Part shown: positions 38,778-48,577 of the stretch, one piece after another
Position numbering within the stretch: position 1 is the first letter of the stretch
How the letters are laid out: each line of letters opens with the position of its first letter
The notes under the pieces: generated by a model
Databases searched by the model: none
Told to the model about the DNA's origin: nothing
Seen by the model: the letters and a program-made list of their open reading frames with translations, nothing else
Assembly (NCBI GenBank): GCA_963810935.1
Contig: CAWEPK010000005.1
Location: 128,001-192,000, forward strand
DNA from: an uncultured delta proteobacterium
GTDB lineage: Bacteria; Desulfobacterota; Syntrophorhabdia; Syntrophorhabdales; WCHB1-27
Length of the DNA stretch: 64,000 nt
Direction: 5' to 3'
Translations under genes and position numbers: made by a program

Positions 38778-39218
38778 ATGAAGAAAACATGTGCAGTCCT
38801 GATCGCAGCTATCATTTTTTTGGCCTCCGCCGCATTCGCGCAGGACTACGAGGGCGCCCTCAAGGCGGCAAAAAGGGACAACAAGCCCGTCATGCTCTAT
38901 TTTTTCACAAATTCCTGCTATTACTGCCGGCTCATGGATAAGAACACGCTGGCGGACAAAGAGATCGACGCTACGCTCAAGAAGGATTTCGTTTACCTGC
39001 GAGTCGATCTGGATAAGTCCACCGACCTGCAAAAGCTTTATCAGATCACCGGCACACCCACCTCGTGGTTCCTCGAATCTTCGGGAAACCGCGTAGGCGC
39101 AATACCGGGGTACGTGGACGCAAAGACCTTCAGACGCATTCTCGAATACGTCAAGGGCAAGATTTACAACCAGATGGACCTACAGGCATACCTGAAGAAG
39201 GCACCGGCCGGGAAGTGA
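38778..39218 (+). CDS. Exported thioredoxin-fold protein (SoxW-like)
   Basis: Signal peptide, 'CYYC', 'GTPT', 'IPGY'; TTGAAC-17 nt-TATACT ends 7 nt upstream. Confidence 0.85.
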   Translation: MKKTCAVLIAAIIFLASAAFAQDYEGALKAAKRDNKPVMLYFFTNSCYYCRLMDKNTLADKEIDATLKKDFVYLRVDLDKSTDLQKLYQITGTPTSWFLESSGNRVGAIPGYVDAKTFRRILEYVKGKIYNQMDLQAYLKKAPAGK

Positions 39219-39278
39219 GCCCGCCCGGTCTGCGTCAGGGCTTTCCCCCGACCTGCGCCTTACGCGCTTTTTTGGGTA

Positions 39279-39770
39279 TCAGAAGACGCGCCTGAACTGG
39301 CTGAAGCTCCGCTTCCAGTAAGGGGCGTTCACGTTGTCTATGGCGACGCCCCTCGACTTGGAGGCGTGAACGAACTCTACATCGTTTATCATGATGCCCA
39401 CGTGGTAATCGCGCTTGATGCGGAAAACGACCAGGTCGGCCACTGCAACTCCGCTTCGCTCGATCTCGTAGCCCGTCCGGTTCAAGCCTTCGGTCGAGAC
39501 CGGCAGGACAACGTCGAACCGGCCGTACACGTGATGGACGAAACCGCTGCAATCAAAGGCGTCAGGGCCTTTGGCTGCATTCTTATACGGCTTGCCGAGC
39601 AGCGTAACCGCGTACCGGACGATGTCCTCCCGCGCCCTGGCTGCGGGGACCTCTTCGCGCGTATGGATTACTTTCGGGGAGCACCCGAAGCCTGCAAGAA
39701 GGGACAGGAGGACCACTGGAGTAACGAAAAACCCCATGTTCTTCGCAAACCCTCGCCGGCCGTCTCTCAC
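39279..39770 (-). CDS. NlpC/P60 (C40) peptidase lipoprotein
   Basis: 'GKPY', 'FDCSGF', 'HVGI', 'FVHAS'. Confidence 0.9.
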   Translation of the reverse strand: MRDGRRGFAKNMGFFVTPVVLLSLLAGFGCSPKVIHTREEVPAARAREDIVRYAVTLLGKPYKNAAKGPDAFDCSGFVHHVYGRFDVVLPVSTEGLNRTGYEIERSGVAVADLVVFRIKRDYHVGIMINDVEFVHASKSRGVAIDNVNAPYWKRSFSQFRRVF

Positions 39771-40466
39771 GCGCGCGCTCGCAGTACCTCAAAAACCTCT
39801 TTGAAAGAACCGTTGTGAAGGGCGTGGTCGAGAAAGGGGAGGGCCCCAACGCTGGGGTGATATCCGACTGCCGTGCCCACCTCTTCGAACATCGACCTGT
39901 CGCCTTCGCTGTCCCCTACGGCTGCGGCCTCGGCCTTGCTTATGCCGAGACGGCTAAGGACACTCCGCACCCAGTAGCCCTTGTCCCGCGGACCTTGCCC
40001 TGCTCTGCCTGGGGCTATCCGGTCGCCTGTAGCCGACCGCCTCGTCGTGCGCCACCGTCAGGCTGATTTCGCCCGTAAGGACGCCGTCCTCCACGATCAG
40101 GTGGTTTGCCAGGGCCGCGTCCATATCAAGCTCGTTTTTTACCTTCTCGACGAGAAGGGAAAGCCCGGTAGACAAGACGACCGTGACGATGCCTTCAGCC
40201 TTCAGGGCCCGGAGGGTCTCCTGCACACCCTCGTGGTAAGGTATCTCGCCTACGATATCGAGCACGCGGCTCACCGGAAGGCCCTTCCAGAGCGCAGCAT
40301 CCCTCCTGCAGAACTCGTCGTAATCGATCCGGCCCAGCCGGAACAGGCGCTGGAACTCATCCGCGTTCCCGTCCCACAGGTCGAGTCTCTCATGGAGATA
40401 CTGCCAACTGCTTTTTACTGTAGTAAGCGTGCCGTCGCAGTCGAAAAAAACGATCTTCACGGCCAT
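39767..40466 (-). CDS. HAD-IB phosphoserine-phosphatase-like protein; apparent frameshift at about 39990-40045
   Basis: 'FFDCDGTLT' and 'LSTG' in ORF 39954-40466; 'DKGYW' and 'VGDSEGD' continue in the frame of ORF 39767-39970. Confidence 0.75.
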
Positions 40467-40531
40467 GCTCTTCTTATAGCATTTCGCCTAGAAAAAATCT
40501 ATGTTTTGAGGGAAAGGGTTTATAATAGCAT

Positions 40532-41362
40532 ATGCCGGTTCTGGATGGCCATACGCACTTATTCCCACCGGAAGTGATCGGGGACCGGGACCGGATCGCC
40601 GCGCGCGAACCCGGCTTTGCGGGCATTTATGGCGACAGGCAGGCCCGCATGGTGGACGCCGGCGGCCTTTCGGCCTACATGGAGGCGGAAGGCATCGACA
40701 GGGTGATCGCCGCCTGCTTCCCCTTCAGCGACCCCGGCCTTATCCGCCTCGTAAACGACTACGTATTAGAAGCCGCGAAGGCGGACGCGCGGATCGTGCC
40801 CTTCATAGCAGCGGACAGGAGCAACGAGGCAGCAGCGGTGGCCGAGGCCCGGCGCTGCGCAGCCAAAGGCGCCAAGGGCGTGGGGGAGATGGCGTGGTAC
40901 GAGCGCCCCTTCGGCGAAGCAGAGCGGAAATGCATGGAGGGTCTCGTTGGATACCTGGAAGAGGCGGGCATGGTCTTCATGATGCACCTGAACGAGCAGG
41001 TCGGCCACGACTACCCGGGGAAAGGGCGGGCGGATTTCGGCGAGGTCGTCCGCCTCGTGCAGGGTCATCCCGGCCTTAACGTGCTTTTGGCCCACATGGG
41101 CGGTGGCATCTGCTTTTACGAGCTTATGCCCGAGATAAAGAGATCCTTTTCCCGCGTCTACTACGACCTCGCGGCAGTCCCCTTCCTTTACTCGGACGCC
41201 CTCTATCGCTACGCTGCGGCGTTCCTCGAAGACAAGGTTATTTTCGGGTCCGATTATCCCCTCCTCAAGCTCAGCCGCTACAGACCGGAAATAGACGCCC
41301 TCGGCAGCGGCGCGGCAGAGAAAATAGTGTGGGGCAACGGGGTGCGCCTCCTTGGAAACTGA
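40532..41362 (+). CDS. Amidohydrolase_2 family protein
   Basis: 'DGHTH', 'GVGE', 'AHMGGG', 'FGSDYP'. Confidence 0.88.
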   Translation: MPVLDGHTHLFPPEVIGDRDRIAAREPGFAGIYGDRQARMVDAGGLSAYMEAEGIDRVIAACFPFSDPGLIRLVNDYVLEAAKADARIVPFIAADRSNEAAAVAEARRCAAKGAKGVGEMAWYERPFGEAERKCMEGLVGYLEEAGMVFMMHLNEQVGHDYPGKGRADFGEVVRLVQGHPGLNVLLAHMGGGICFYELMPEIKRSFSRVYYDLAAVPFLYSDALYRYAAAFLEDKVIFGSDYPLLKLSRYRPEIDALGSGAAEKIVWGNGVRLLGN

Positions 41363-41915
41363 TTGGGACAAAAGGTACAGGGAAGGCTTTTACCAAGGCG
41401 CCGACAAGGCGCATGATTTCATCGGGAGGTTTTCCCGCCTGATACCTCCGGGAAAGCCGGTGATCGACATAGCGATGGGCAACGGCCGCGACCTTATCTC
41501 TCTTGCCGTGAAAGGGTTCCCCGCGTACGGGCTCGAAAGGTCCGACGAGGCGATCAAGCTCGCGATGCAGGCCGCGGAAAACAGGCGCGCACGCATTATC
41601 CCGATTAAGGGAGACGCCCATCACCTGCCCTTCAGGGCGGGGGTCGCGGGCTGCGTGCTCGTCTTCTATTTCCTGGTGCGTGAGATCATGGACGACCTTG
41701 TCAGGCTGCTTGCGCCGGGCGGCCTTCTCATTTACGAAACGTTCCTCAAGCGGCAGAACGTACTGTCCGGGCCGAGGGACCCGCGCTACCTCCTGGACGA
41801 CGGCGAGCTGATCGGCTATTTCGGCCGCCTCGACCTTCTCTCCTATGAAGAGCTGGTCATTGACGCAGAAGGAAGGCAGCGGGCCGTCGCGCGCTACGCG
41901 GGGAGAAAGAGATGA
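41352..41915 (+). CDS. Class I SAM methyltransferase (TehB-like)
   Basis: 'WDKRY', 'DIAMGNGR', 'PGGLLIYETF'. Confidence 0.8.
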   Translation: METDWDKRYREGFYQGADKAHDFIGRFSRLIPPGKPVIDIAMGNGRDLISLAVKGFPAYGLERSDEAIKLAMQAAENRRARIIPIKGDAHHLPFRAGVAGCVLVFYFLVREIMDDLVRLLAPGGLLIYETFLKRQNVLSGPRDPRYLLDDGELIGYFGRLDLLSYEELVIDAEGRQRAVARYAGRKR

Positions 41916-42526
41916 TCCTGGAGTTCAATCCGGCCAGGGCCAAAAGGAAGACGATCGATTTCATAAAGGAAGGTCTCGAAAACGGCGCCATCATCGGATA
42001 CCCTACGGACACGTTCTACGGGCTCGGCTGCGACCTATTCAACATCAAGGCGATCAAGACGCTCTACGAAATGCGGGGCCTCGACGAGAAGCGGCCCTTG
42101 AGCATAATCTTCAAGGACATCAAGGATATAAGCAACTATGCGGTGCTCACGAATTTCGCCTTCCAGGTCTTGAAAAGCACGCTTCCGGGCGCCTACACCT
42201 TCATCCTCAAGGCGAGAAGGATCGTGCCCAGGCTGCTCATGACGAGCAAAAAAGAAGTGGGCGTGAGGATGCCGGACCACGAGGTGACGAGCGCCCTCGT
42301 AAATCTGCTCGGCAGGCCCATCATCAATACTACCGCAAAGCCGGCCGGGCGCGACCCGATGGAAGACCCGCGCGAGATTGAGCGTTATTTCAAGGGCAAG
42401 GTCTCATTCGTAATCGACGGGGGGCTGATCGTTGGAGAGCCGTCGACCGTTGTGAGCCTGGTGGACGACAAGGTGACGGTGCTGAGGGAAGGCAAGGGGC
42501 CGCTTACAGATCTCCTTCGGGACTAG
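41912..42526 (+). CDS. Sua5/YciO/YrdC family protein
   Basis: 'YPTDTFYGLGCD', 'LPGAYTFIL', 'VGVRMP', 'PSTVV'. Confidence 0.88.
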   Translation: MILEFNPARAKRKTIDFIKEGLENGAIIGYPTDTFYGLGCDLFNIKAIKTLYEMRGLDEKRPLSIIFKDIKDISNYAVLTNFAFQVLKSTLPGAYTFILKARRIVPRLLMTSKKEVGVRMPDHEVTSALVNLLGRPIINTTAKPAGRDPMEDPREIERYFKGKVSFVIDGGLIVGEPSTVVSLVDDKVTVLREGKGPLTDLLRD

Positions 42527-42845
42527 TCTGTGAGTCTTCCATTGCCGCAGCCATCTCTTCTTCAAACCCTTCGCCCATCTCATCGCCCAGCTCGCTGCCC
42601 ACCCTCTTCATCAGCCTTTCCACGGACCGCGGGTCGCTCTCGTCGAGGTCGCCCATCGTCGAGGGGTCGAGGAGGCTTTCCATCCTCTTCTCCTCACTGC
42701 GCAGGACCGCTACGCGCGAGAGTACGCGCTTTACTTCGGACGATTTGCAATGCTTGCAGTAAGGGGCGACTTCTTCGGTGGACCGAAGCAGCAGGAAGGA
42801 CGATATTTTCTTGCAGGATTCGCAGTAATATTCATAGATGGGCAT
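42504..42845 (-). CDS. FmdB family zinc-ribbon protein
   Basis: 'MPIYEYYCESC...CKHC'. Confidence 0.88.
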   Translation of the reverse strand: MPIYEYYCESCKKISSFLLLRSTEEVAPYCKHCKSSEVKRVLSRVAVLRSEEKRMESLLDPSTMGDLDESDPRSVERLMKRVGSELGDEMGEGFEEEMAAAMEDSQTSPEGDL

Positions 42846-42924
42846 TAATACATTTTATTTTTTCGGATTTGATTTGTAAAGGCCTTACGCGATAGTCTAG
42901 TCCCGGAAAGGAAACGAAAGAACG

Positions 42925-43749
42925 ATGAAGGCCGGACCCCTTTGCAAAGATTGCCTGAAGGACCTCGCGAGGCGCGTCGCCGCGCTTTCAGGCGGAACCG
43001 CGCGGCTTGCCGCCTCGGCCCTGGAGCTTGTCGATGCCCTTTTCGACGTCTACCGGGTCCCTACCGAGGTGTCCAACCGCCTACTGAGATACGTCAGGGA
43101 GGAGACGGGCGTCTACGACCCGTACGCACAGCGGAAGGAGGCGGAATTCAGACAGGCCCTGGCCGCCTCGCTCCGGCTGAAAGACTTTTTCCCCGATACG
43201 CTGGAGGGCGCACTGCGCGCCTCTGCCTTCGGCAACGGCGGGGATTTCTTCATGGAGCATTCATACGACGCGGACCATATGGAGTTCGAGGGTGAAGTGG
43301 CTAAAATAGAGCAGCAGGTATATATTAGTACCAAAATTATGGTCCTGGGAGACAATCCGGGCGATTTCGTCTTCGACCTGCCGCTTTTGCGCCTGCTCAG
43401 GCGGGATGGAAAAGAGGTCTGTTACGCGGTGAAGAAGCACCCCGTACAGAACGATATGTCGATGCCGGACATGGAGAGGTTCGGGGCGCACGACCTGTGG
43501 GACGCAATTATTCCCGCAGGGACGGAAGTGGGCATCAGGCGCGAGGAGATGACCGGGCGGGTGCGGGAATGCTGGGAGGACGGCAGCATGATTATCGCGA
43601 AGGGCATGGGGAACTACGAGACGATCTCCGAGTACGACAGCGGGCGGCCGGTCGTCTATGTCATGGCCGTAAAGTGCGGCGCCGTGGCGGAGTCGCTGGG
43701 GCGAAAGATCGGGACGTATATAGCTGTCGCGGGTGGTGAGCATGGCTAA
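42925..43749 (+). CDS. DUF89/ARMT1-like damage-control phosphatase
   Basis: 'CKDC', 'DPY', 'GN..D', 'DNPGD', 'QND', 'AKGMGNYET', 'KC'. Confidence 0.83.
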   Translation: MKAGPLCKDCLKDLARRVAALSGGTARLAASALELVDALFDVYRVPTEVSNRLLRYVREETGVYDPYAQRKEAEFRQALAASLRLKDFFPDTLEGALRASAFGNGGDFFMEHSYDADHMEFEGEVAKIEQQVYISTKIMVLGDNPGDFVFDLPLLRLLRRDGKEVCYAVKKHPVQNDMSMPDMERFGAHDLWDAIIPAGTEVGIRREEMTGRVRECWEDGSMIIAKGMGNYETISEYDSGRPVVYVMAVKCGAVAESLGRKIGTYIAVAGGEHG

Positions 43750-44686
43750 AAAAGACTACTACGAGATACTGGGTGTGCAGAAGACCGCATCGGAAGACGA
43801 CATCAAAAAGGCTTACAGGAAGCTGGCGCTGAAGCACCACCCGGACAGGAACCCGGGAAACAAGGCTGCCGAAGAGCAGTTCAAGGGGATAAACGAGGCC
43901 TATGCTGTCCTGAGCGATAAAGACAAGCGGAAAGAATACGACACTTACGGCATGAGCGGCTTCCAGCAGAAGTATACCCAGGAGGACATCTACCGGAACT
44001 TCAACGTAGGCGACCTCTTCAAGGACCTCGGCTTCGGGACGGGCGACGTCTTCAGCATGATCTTCGGACAGCAGGGGCGCGCAGCGGGGGGCAGGAGGGA
44101 ATCGGCGCGCGGCGGAAGGCGCGTTCACGATTTCGGCGATTACGTGGCCCGGGACCGCGGTGCTGGCGCAGAGCTCGACCTCAATTACGAGCTGGAGATA
44201 CCTTTTATGGACGCCATGAAGGGGGCCGAGAAGGTGCTTGCCTTCTCCAGCGAGCGGGGCGGCGAAGAGATAAAGGTAAAAATACCGAAGGGCATAAATA
44301 CGGGCCAGAAACTGCGCCTCCACGGCAAGGGGAGCAAGGACCCGTACACCGGCGGGACCGGCGACCTCTATGTGACCATAAAGGTGGCCGAGGACCCTGT
44401 CTTCAGGAGGGTGGGCAACGACCTTTACATAAAGCAGGAAGTGCGGGTGACCGACGCCTTCCTGGGCGGCTCTATAGAGGTGCCGACCATCGACGGGCCG
44501 AAGCAGATCAAGATTCCGGCCGGGGTTCGCGCCAACTCGAAGGTGCGCCTGAAGGGCCTCGGGGTGCCGCAGATCGGCAGGCAGGCCGCGGGCGACGAGT
44601 ACGTGGAGATCGCCATCGACGTGCCGCGAAAGCTGACGGACAGGCAGAAGGCGCTGCTCGAAGAATTGCGAAAAGAAAACCTCTAG
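43742..44686 (+). CDS. DnaJ class B/CbpA-like chaperone (no zinc finger)
   Basis: J domain with 'HPD', G/F region and DnaJ_C; no CxxCxGxG repeats. Confidence 0.92.
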   Translation: MAKKDYYEILGVQKTASEDDIKKAYRKLALKHHPDRNPGNKAAEEQFKGINEAYAVLSDKDKRKEYDTYGMSGFQQKYTQEDIYRNFNVGDLFKDLGFGTGDVFSMIFGQQGRAAGGRRESARGGRRVHDFGDYVARDRGAGAELDLNYELEIPFMDAMKGAEKVLAFSSERGGEEIKVKIPKGINTGQKLRLHGKGSKDPYTGGTGDLYVTIKVAEDPVFRRVGNDLYIKQEVRVTDAFLGGSIEVPTIDGPKQIKIPAGVRANSKVRLKGLGVPQIGRQAAGDEYVEIAIDVPRKLTDRQKALLEELRKENL

Positions 44687-44761
44687 CTCCGCTTGCCAGT
44701 TTATTTTGTCCCCCTTGATGACTATATTAGCACTATCTCGAGAACTCCAAAGGGGGTGCTA

Positions 44762-45340
44762 ATGAGGCGTATCGGTATGGGTCCGGGTGCTTTTTTAATA
44801 TTATTCCTCGGACTGGCGCTTCAGGCAGCAGCCTTCGAGCTCTCCGCCGATATGGTCACCAGGGAAGGGGAGCAGAAACAAACAGGCAAGTTATACGTCA
44901 AGGGGAACAAATACCGCATCGAGACGAAGAACGGCTCCGAATACGCCATCATCAGGCACGACAAGAACAAATCATGGATCGTCATACCGGAGCAGAAGGC
45001 ATACATAGAGATGCCCTTCGACCCGAAGAAAAAACCGGCCATCGAGGATAGGCAATCTGCAGAAGGGAACCGCAAATTCCTGGGCGCGGAGACGGTCAAC
45101 GGCCATCCGTCCAGGAAATACGAGGTCACGACTAAGGAAGGGGAGTCGGTAGATCCGTTCTATGAATGGATCGCTTCCGACATCAACTTCCCCATAAAAA
45201 CGATGGCAGTGAACGGGAACTGGAGCATCGAGTACAGCAATATCAAGACCTCGGTGCCCGACAGCCTATTTGAGATACCTGAAGCCTATGAGAGGATAGC
45301 TATGCCCTCGAACGGAGGGCAGATAGGCGCCATCCGATAG
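44762..45340 (+). CDS. DUF4412/LolA-like exported protein
   Basis: Signal peptide, 'SADMV', 'GKLYVKGNKYR', 'LGAETVNG', 'DSLFEIP'. Confidence 0.75.
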   Translation: MRRIGMGPGAFLILFLGLALQAAAFELSADMVTREGEQKQTGKLYVKGNKYRIETKNGSEYAIIRHDKNKSWIVIPEQKAYIEMPFDPKKKPAIEDRQSAEGNRKFLGAETVNGHPSRKYEVTTKEGESVDPFYEWIASDINFPIKTMAVNGNWSIEYSNIKTSVPDSLFEIPEAYERIAMPSNGGQIGAIR

Positions 45341-45405
45341 GGGTGGACTAAGACGATATTGAAAAAGAAAAAGGCAGGTCGCCTGGTGCGGCCCGCCTTG
45401 CCTTT

Positions 45406-45606
45406 TTAGAGCTTAACTACGTTCGCAGCTTTCGGGCCTTTCGGGCTTTCTACTATATCGAAACTGACTGCCTGGCCTTCCGTCAGCGACTTGAATCCAT
45501 CGTCCTGGATCGCGCTGTAATGAACGAAAACATCATCGCCGTCTTCTTTGGCGATAAAGCCAAAACCCTTAGATGCGTTGAACCACTTTACGGTCCCCGT
45601 TGCCAT
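45406..45606 (-). CDS. Cold-shock protein
   Basis: '[15 protein letters not shown]', 'VFVHYSAI'. Confidence 0.96.
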   Translation of the reverse strand: MATGTVKWFNASKGFGFIAKEDGDDVFVHYSAIQDDGFKSLTEGQAVSFDIVESPKGPKAANVVKL

Positions 45607-45964
45607 ACCGAAAATACCTCCTGTGCAAATATCGAAGAGTCAAACGATGCCAATAAAAAACCGCAACGTTTCACGCATTGCGGCACGTAACAATACGTCC
45701 GAAACTTCGGGTAACATGATTACATAGAATCGCGGAAAGAGTCAAAACAATTTTGTATCATACTTTACACTTTGCTTCCCCGTTCCGGGCTACCCCTGAT
45801 GTGCCCTTTAAATACGGCATGAGCCGGACCGCTCAATGCGGTTGACACAAAACCCCTGTTTTTGATATGGTTTAGAGTCGGCGGAATGGCTCGTTGCAGC
45901 TTGAATGCGTTTATGCAAGGCCGCAATTATGCGCCCGGGCAAGGGCGACTGCCGCATCGCGGGG

Positions 45965-46882
45965 ATGATGGATACGATAGAACTCGACAAGGTAAACGTT
46001 ACTGACAGCAGGTTCTGCGTCTCTTACCCCCTGGCCGACGACCTCCTGCTGGCTTCGATAAAAAGGTTCGGCATCCTCACGCCCGTTGCCTTGCAGGGGG
46101 GCGAGAGACGGGCCGTAATCACGGGTCACAAGAGATGCGATGCAGCGCGCGTGCTCGGGATCGCACACGTCCCATGTGTCTTCTTCAACGTCGACGACAG
46201 GCAGGCCCTCCTGATGTCGATAAACGACAACATGGCAAGGCCCCTCAACACCGTTGAAAGGGCCGTCTGCGTTGCGAAGATGGCAGCCTGCGGTTTTCCC
46301 ACGGAAGAAGTCTACGCTGTTATGACCATGCTCGGGCTGCCTGCAAGGGCGAATGTTTTGAAGACGTGCATCGGGGCCGCCTCGGCCGAAGAGCAGGTGT
46401 CGGCGTTTATCGTGGGCCACGGCCTCCCGGTCGCGGTAGTCGAGCAGCTTTTCGCGTTCGAGACAGGGGAGATGCGTGAAATCATCCGGCTGGTCGAACC
46501 GCTTCATCCGACCGTAAGCTCTTTGAGAGAGGCCCTCCAGCTCATGATGCTCGCCAGGGTGAAGCTGGGAGGCATAGATTTCGCGGGGTTCGAAGAGGTC
46601 AGGGACATGGAGGCCTTAAGACGCGCACTCAAAAAACGGACCAACCCGCTCCTTTCCGGGCTCGAAGAACGGCTGGCGGCTATACTCACCGCTTGCGCAC
46701 TGCCCCCTTCTATAAAGGTGCGGGTGGACCCGGCGTTCGAGAGGGAAACGGTCGATATAACGATACGGGCGCGCAGTAGCGGCGAGATAGAAGCGGCCGC
46801 ATCGAAGCTGGGCGGCATCGCCAGGGAAGGACTTTTCAGGAGCATATTTGAGCTTACCCACGGTACGTCGAATAGAATCTAA
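45965..46882 (+). CDS. ParB/Srx N-terminal domain protein
   Basis: 'LLASIKRFGILTPV', 'ITGHKR', 'DNMARPLNTVE'. Confidence 0.72.
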   Translation: MMDTIELDKVNVTDSRFCVSYPLADDLLLASIKRFGILTPVALQGGERRAVITGHKRCDAARVLGIAHVPCVFFNVDDRQALLMSINDNMARPLNTVERAVCVAKMAACGFPTEEVYAVMTMLGLPARANVLKTCIGAASAEEQVSAFIVGHGLPVAVVEQLFAFETGEMREIIRLVEPLHPTVSSLREALQLMMLARVKLGGIDFAGFEEVRDMEALRRALKKRTNPLLSGLEERLAAILTACALPPSIKVRVDPAFERETVDITIRARSSGEIEAAASKLGGIAREGLFRSIFELTHGTSNRI

Positions 46883-47795
46883 GGCCAGCGTCGTCAGGGA
46901 CTGTCCAGGTACGCGCAAGCACGTCTGCTGCGGCTACAAGACCATAGACCTCGTGGAGGGGTGCCCCCTGTCCTGCTCGTACTGCATCCTCAGGTCGTAC
47001 CTCAATAACCCCGGCATTACGGTACGAGGCGCCACGGACGCGATCATCGGCGAGATAGACGGGGCCGTCGCGGCCGAGAAAGCGCACGTCCTCAGGTTCG
47101 GCACGGGGGAATTGGGAGACAGCCTCGCCGTTGACAGGAAGCTCGACGCGGTCAGGCCTGTAGTCCGGTTCTTCGGCGAAAGGAAAGAGGCGCTTCTGGA
47201 GCTGAAGTCGAAATGGGCCGGCCTCGACCACCTGCGGTCGAGCCTCAACCCATACGTTGTCGTCTCCTTCTCGCTCGCCCCCCAGAGGATCGTCGATATG
47301 GAGGAGAAAGGGACGAGCCCTGTTGCGAAAAGGCTCAAGGCCCTGAAAAAAGCGCAGGATTGGGGATGCCTCGTGGGACTTCACTTCGACCCGGTGATCG
47401 TTTACGACGGCTTCGAGGACGATTACGCGCGCCTGATAGATGAGATAGCGGATACGCTCGATCTGAGCAGGGTCATATGGGCCAGCATGGGGTGCCTGCG
47501 CTTCGTGCCACGGCTCATGAAGCTTTTTCTCGATGAGAGGCGTGAAAACCTCCTGCACGGCGAATTTATCATGGGCGAGGACGGTAAGTACCGCTATATC
47601 AAGATGGAGAGGATCAGGGTCTACAAGATGCTTTACGGGCTCCTCAAGGCAAAGTCGCCCGGCCTTTTCATCTACCTTTGCATGGAGAGGCCCGAGGTGT
47701 GGCGGGAGGCGACCGGCGCGGAGGTCGGCCGAAGCGATGACCTGATAACGCTTTTCGACAGAAGAATAAGCGAATTCTACGGAGGCTTGCAATGA
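46848..47795 (+). CDS. Spore photoproduct lyase-like radical SAM protein
   Basis: 'CPGT...CCGY', 'GCPLSCSYCIL', 'GTGELGDSL', 'HFDP', 'DGKYRY', 'YLCME'; TTG start with AGGAG SD. Confidence 0.82.
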   Translation: MSLPTVRRIESKASVVRDCPGTRKHVCCGYKTIDLVEGCPLSCSYCILRSYLNNPGITVRGATDAIIGEIDGAVAAEKAHVLRFGTGELGDSLAVDRKLDAVRPVVRFFGERKEALLELKSKWAGLDHLRSSLNPYVVVSFSLAPQRIVDMEEKGTSPVAKRLKALKKAQDWGCLVGLHFDPVIVYDGFEDDYARLIDEIADTLDLSRVIWASMGCLRFVPRLMKLFLDERRENLLHGEFIMGEDGKYRYIKMERIRVYKMLYGLLKAKSPGLFIYLCMERPEVWREATGAEVGRSDDLITLFDRRISEFYGGLQ

Positions 47796-48577
47796 GGTTC
47801 AGGGACAAGGTCGTCTTTATCACAGGGGGTACGCGGGGGCTGGGCAAGGCAATGGCCGAGGCTTTCCTCGAAGAGGGCGCGAAGGTGGCCGTCAACGGGA
47901 GGAAGAATGAGGCCGTAGCGAAATTCCGCGAAAATCACGCACAAGAAGCGGCCAGGGCCTTCGAGGCCGATGTGTCAGATTACGCCGCTATGGAGGCCGT
48001 ATCGGAGAGCGTAGTACAGGAATGGGGCGGCATCGACATCCTCGTTAACAATGCGGGCATCGTCAACCCACTCGTGCCTTCCGCAAAGATCAAGCGGGAG
48101 GATTTCGATCACGTGATCGACGTGAACCTGAAGGGCACCTTCTACGTCACCCAGATATTCGGGCGCAAGATGCTCAAACGGGGCTCCGGGAGGGTTATAT
48201 CGATATCGTCCCAGGTCGCCCTCTTCGGCGAAAAGGGCTTCCTTCCTTATGCGATCAGCAAGGGGGGGATCCAGCTCATGACGCGGAGTCTCGCGTCAGA
48301 ATGGGGCAGGTCCGGGGTCACGCTTTGCTGTCTGGCTCCCGGGTACATAAAGGGCGGCATGAACGAAGGGTTGGCTAAAAGGCAGGACCTGGTGGATTTC
48401 CTGTCCGCCAAGACGCCGGTCCTGAGGATGGGCACGGTCGGCGAGCTGGTCGGCACGGTCCTCTTCCTCGCGTCCTCTGATGCGGCCTATATCAACGGCG
48501 AGACAATCACCATGGACGGCGGCCTGACCGGATACGCAGCCGAAACGCTGCTGGACGCAATAACAAAAGGAAAATGA
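47792..48577 (+). CDS. SDR family oxidoreductase
   Basis: 'TGGTRGLG', 'NNAG', 'YAISK'. Confidence 0.9.
   Translation: MRFRDKVVFITGGTRGLGKAMAEAFLEEGAKVAVNGRKNEAVAKFRENHAQEAARAFEADVSDYAAMEAVSESVVQEWGGIDILVNNAGIVNPLVPSAKIKREDFDHVIDVNLKGTFYVTQIFGRKMLKRGSGRVISISSQVALFGEKGFLPYAISKGGIQLMTRSLASEWGRSGVTLCCLAPGYIKGGMNEGLAKRQDLVDFLSAKTPVLRMGTVGELVGTVLFLASSDAAYINGETITMDGGLTGYAAETLLDAITKGK

Noticed and set aside
44726..44763. CIRCE-like inverted repeat TTAGCAC...GTGCTAA after dnaJ
   Set aside because: The 7-mers are 22 nt apart instead of 13, the arms do not match TTAGCACTC, and it precedes a DUF4412 gene rather than a chaperone.
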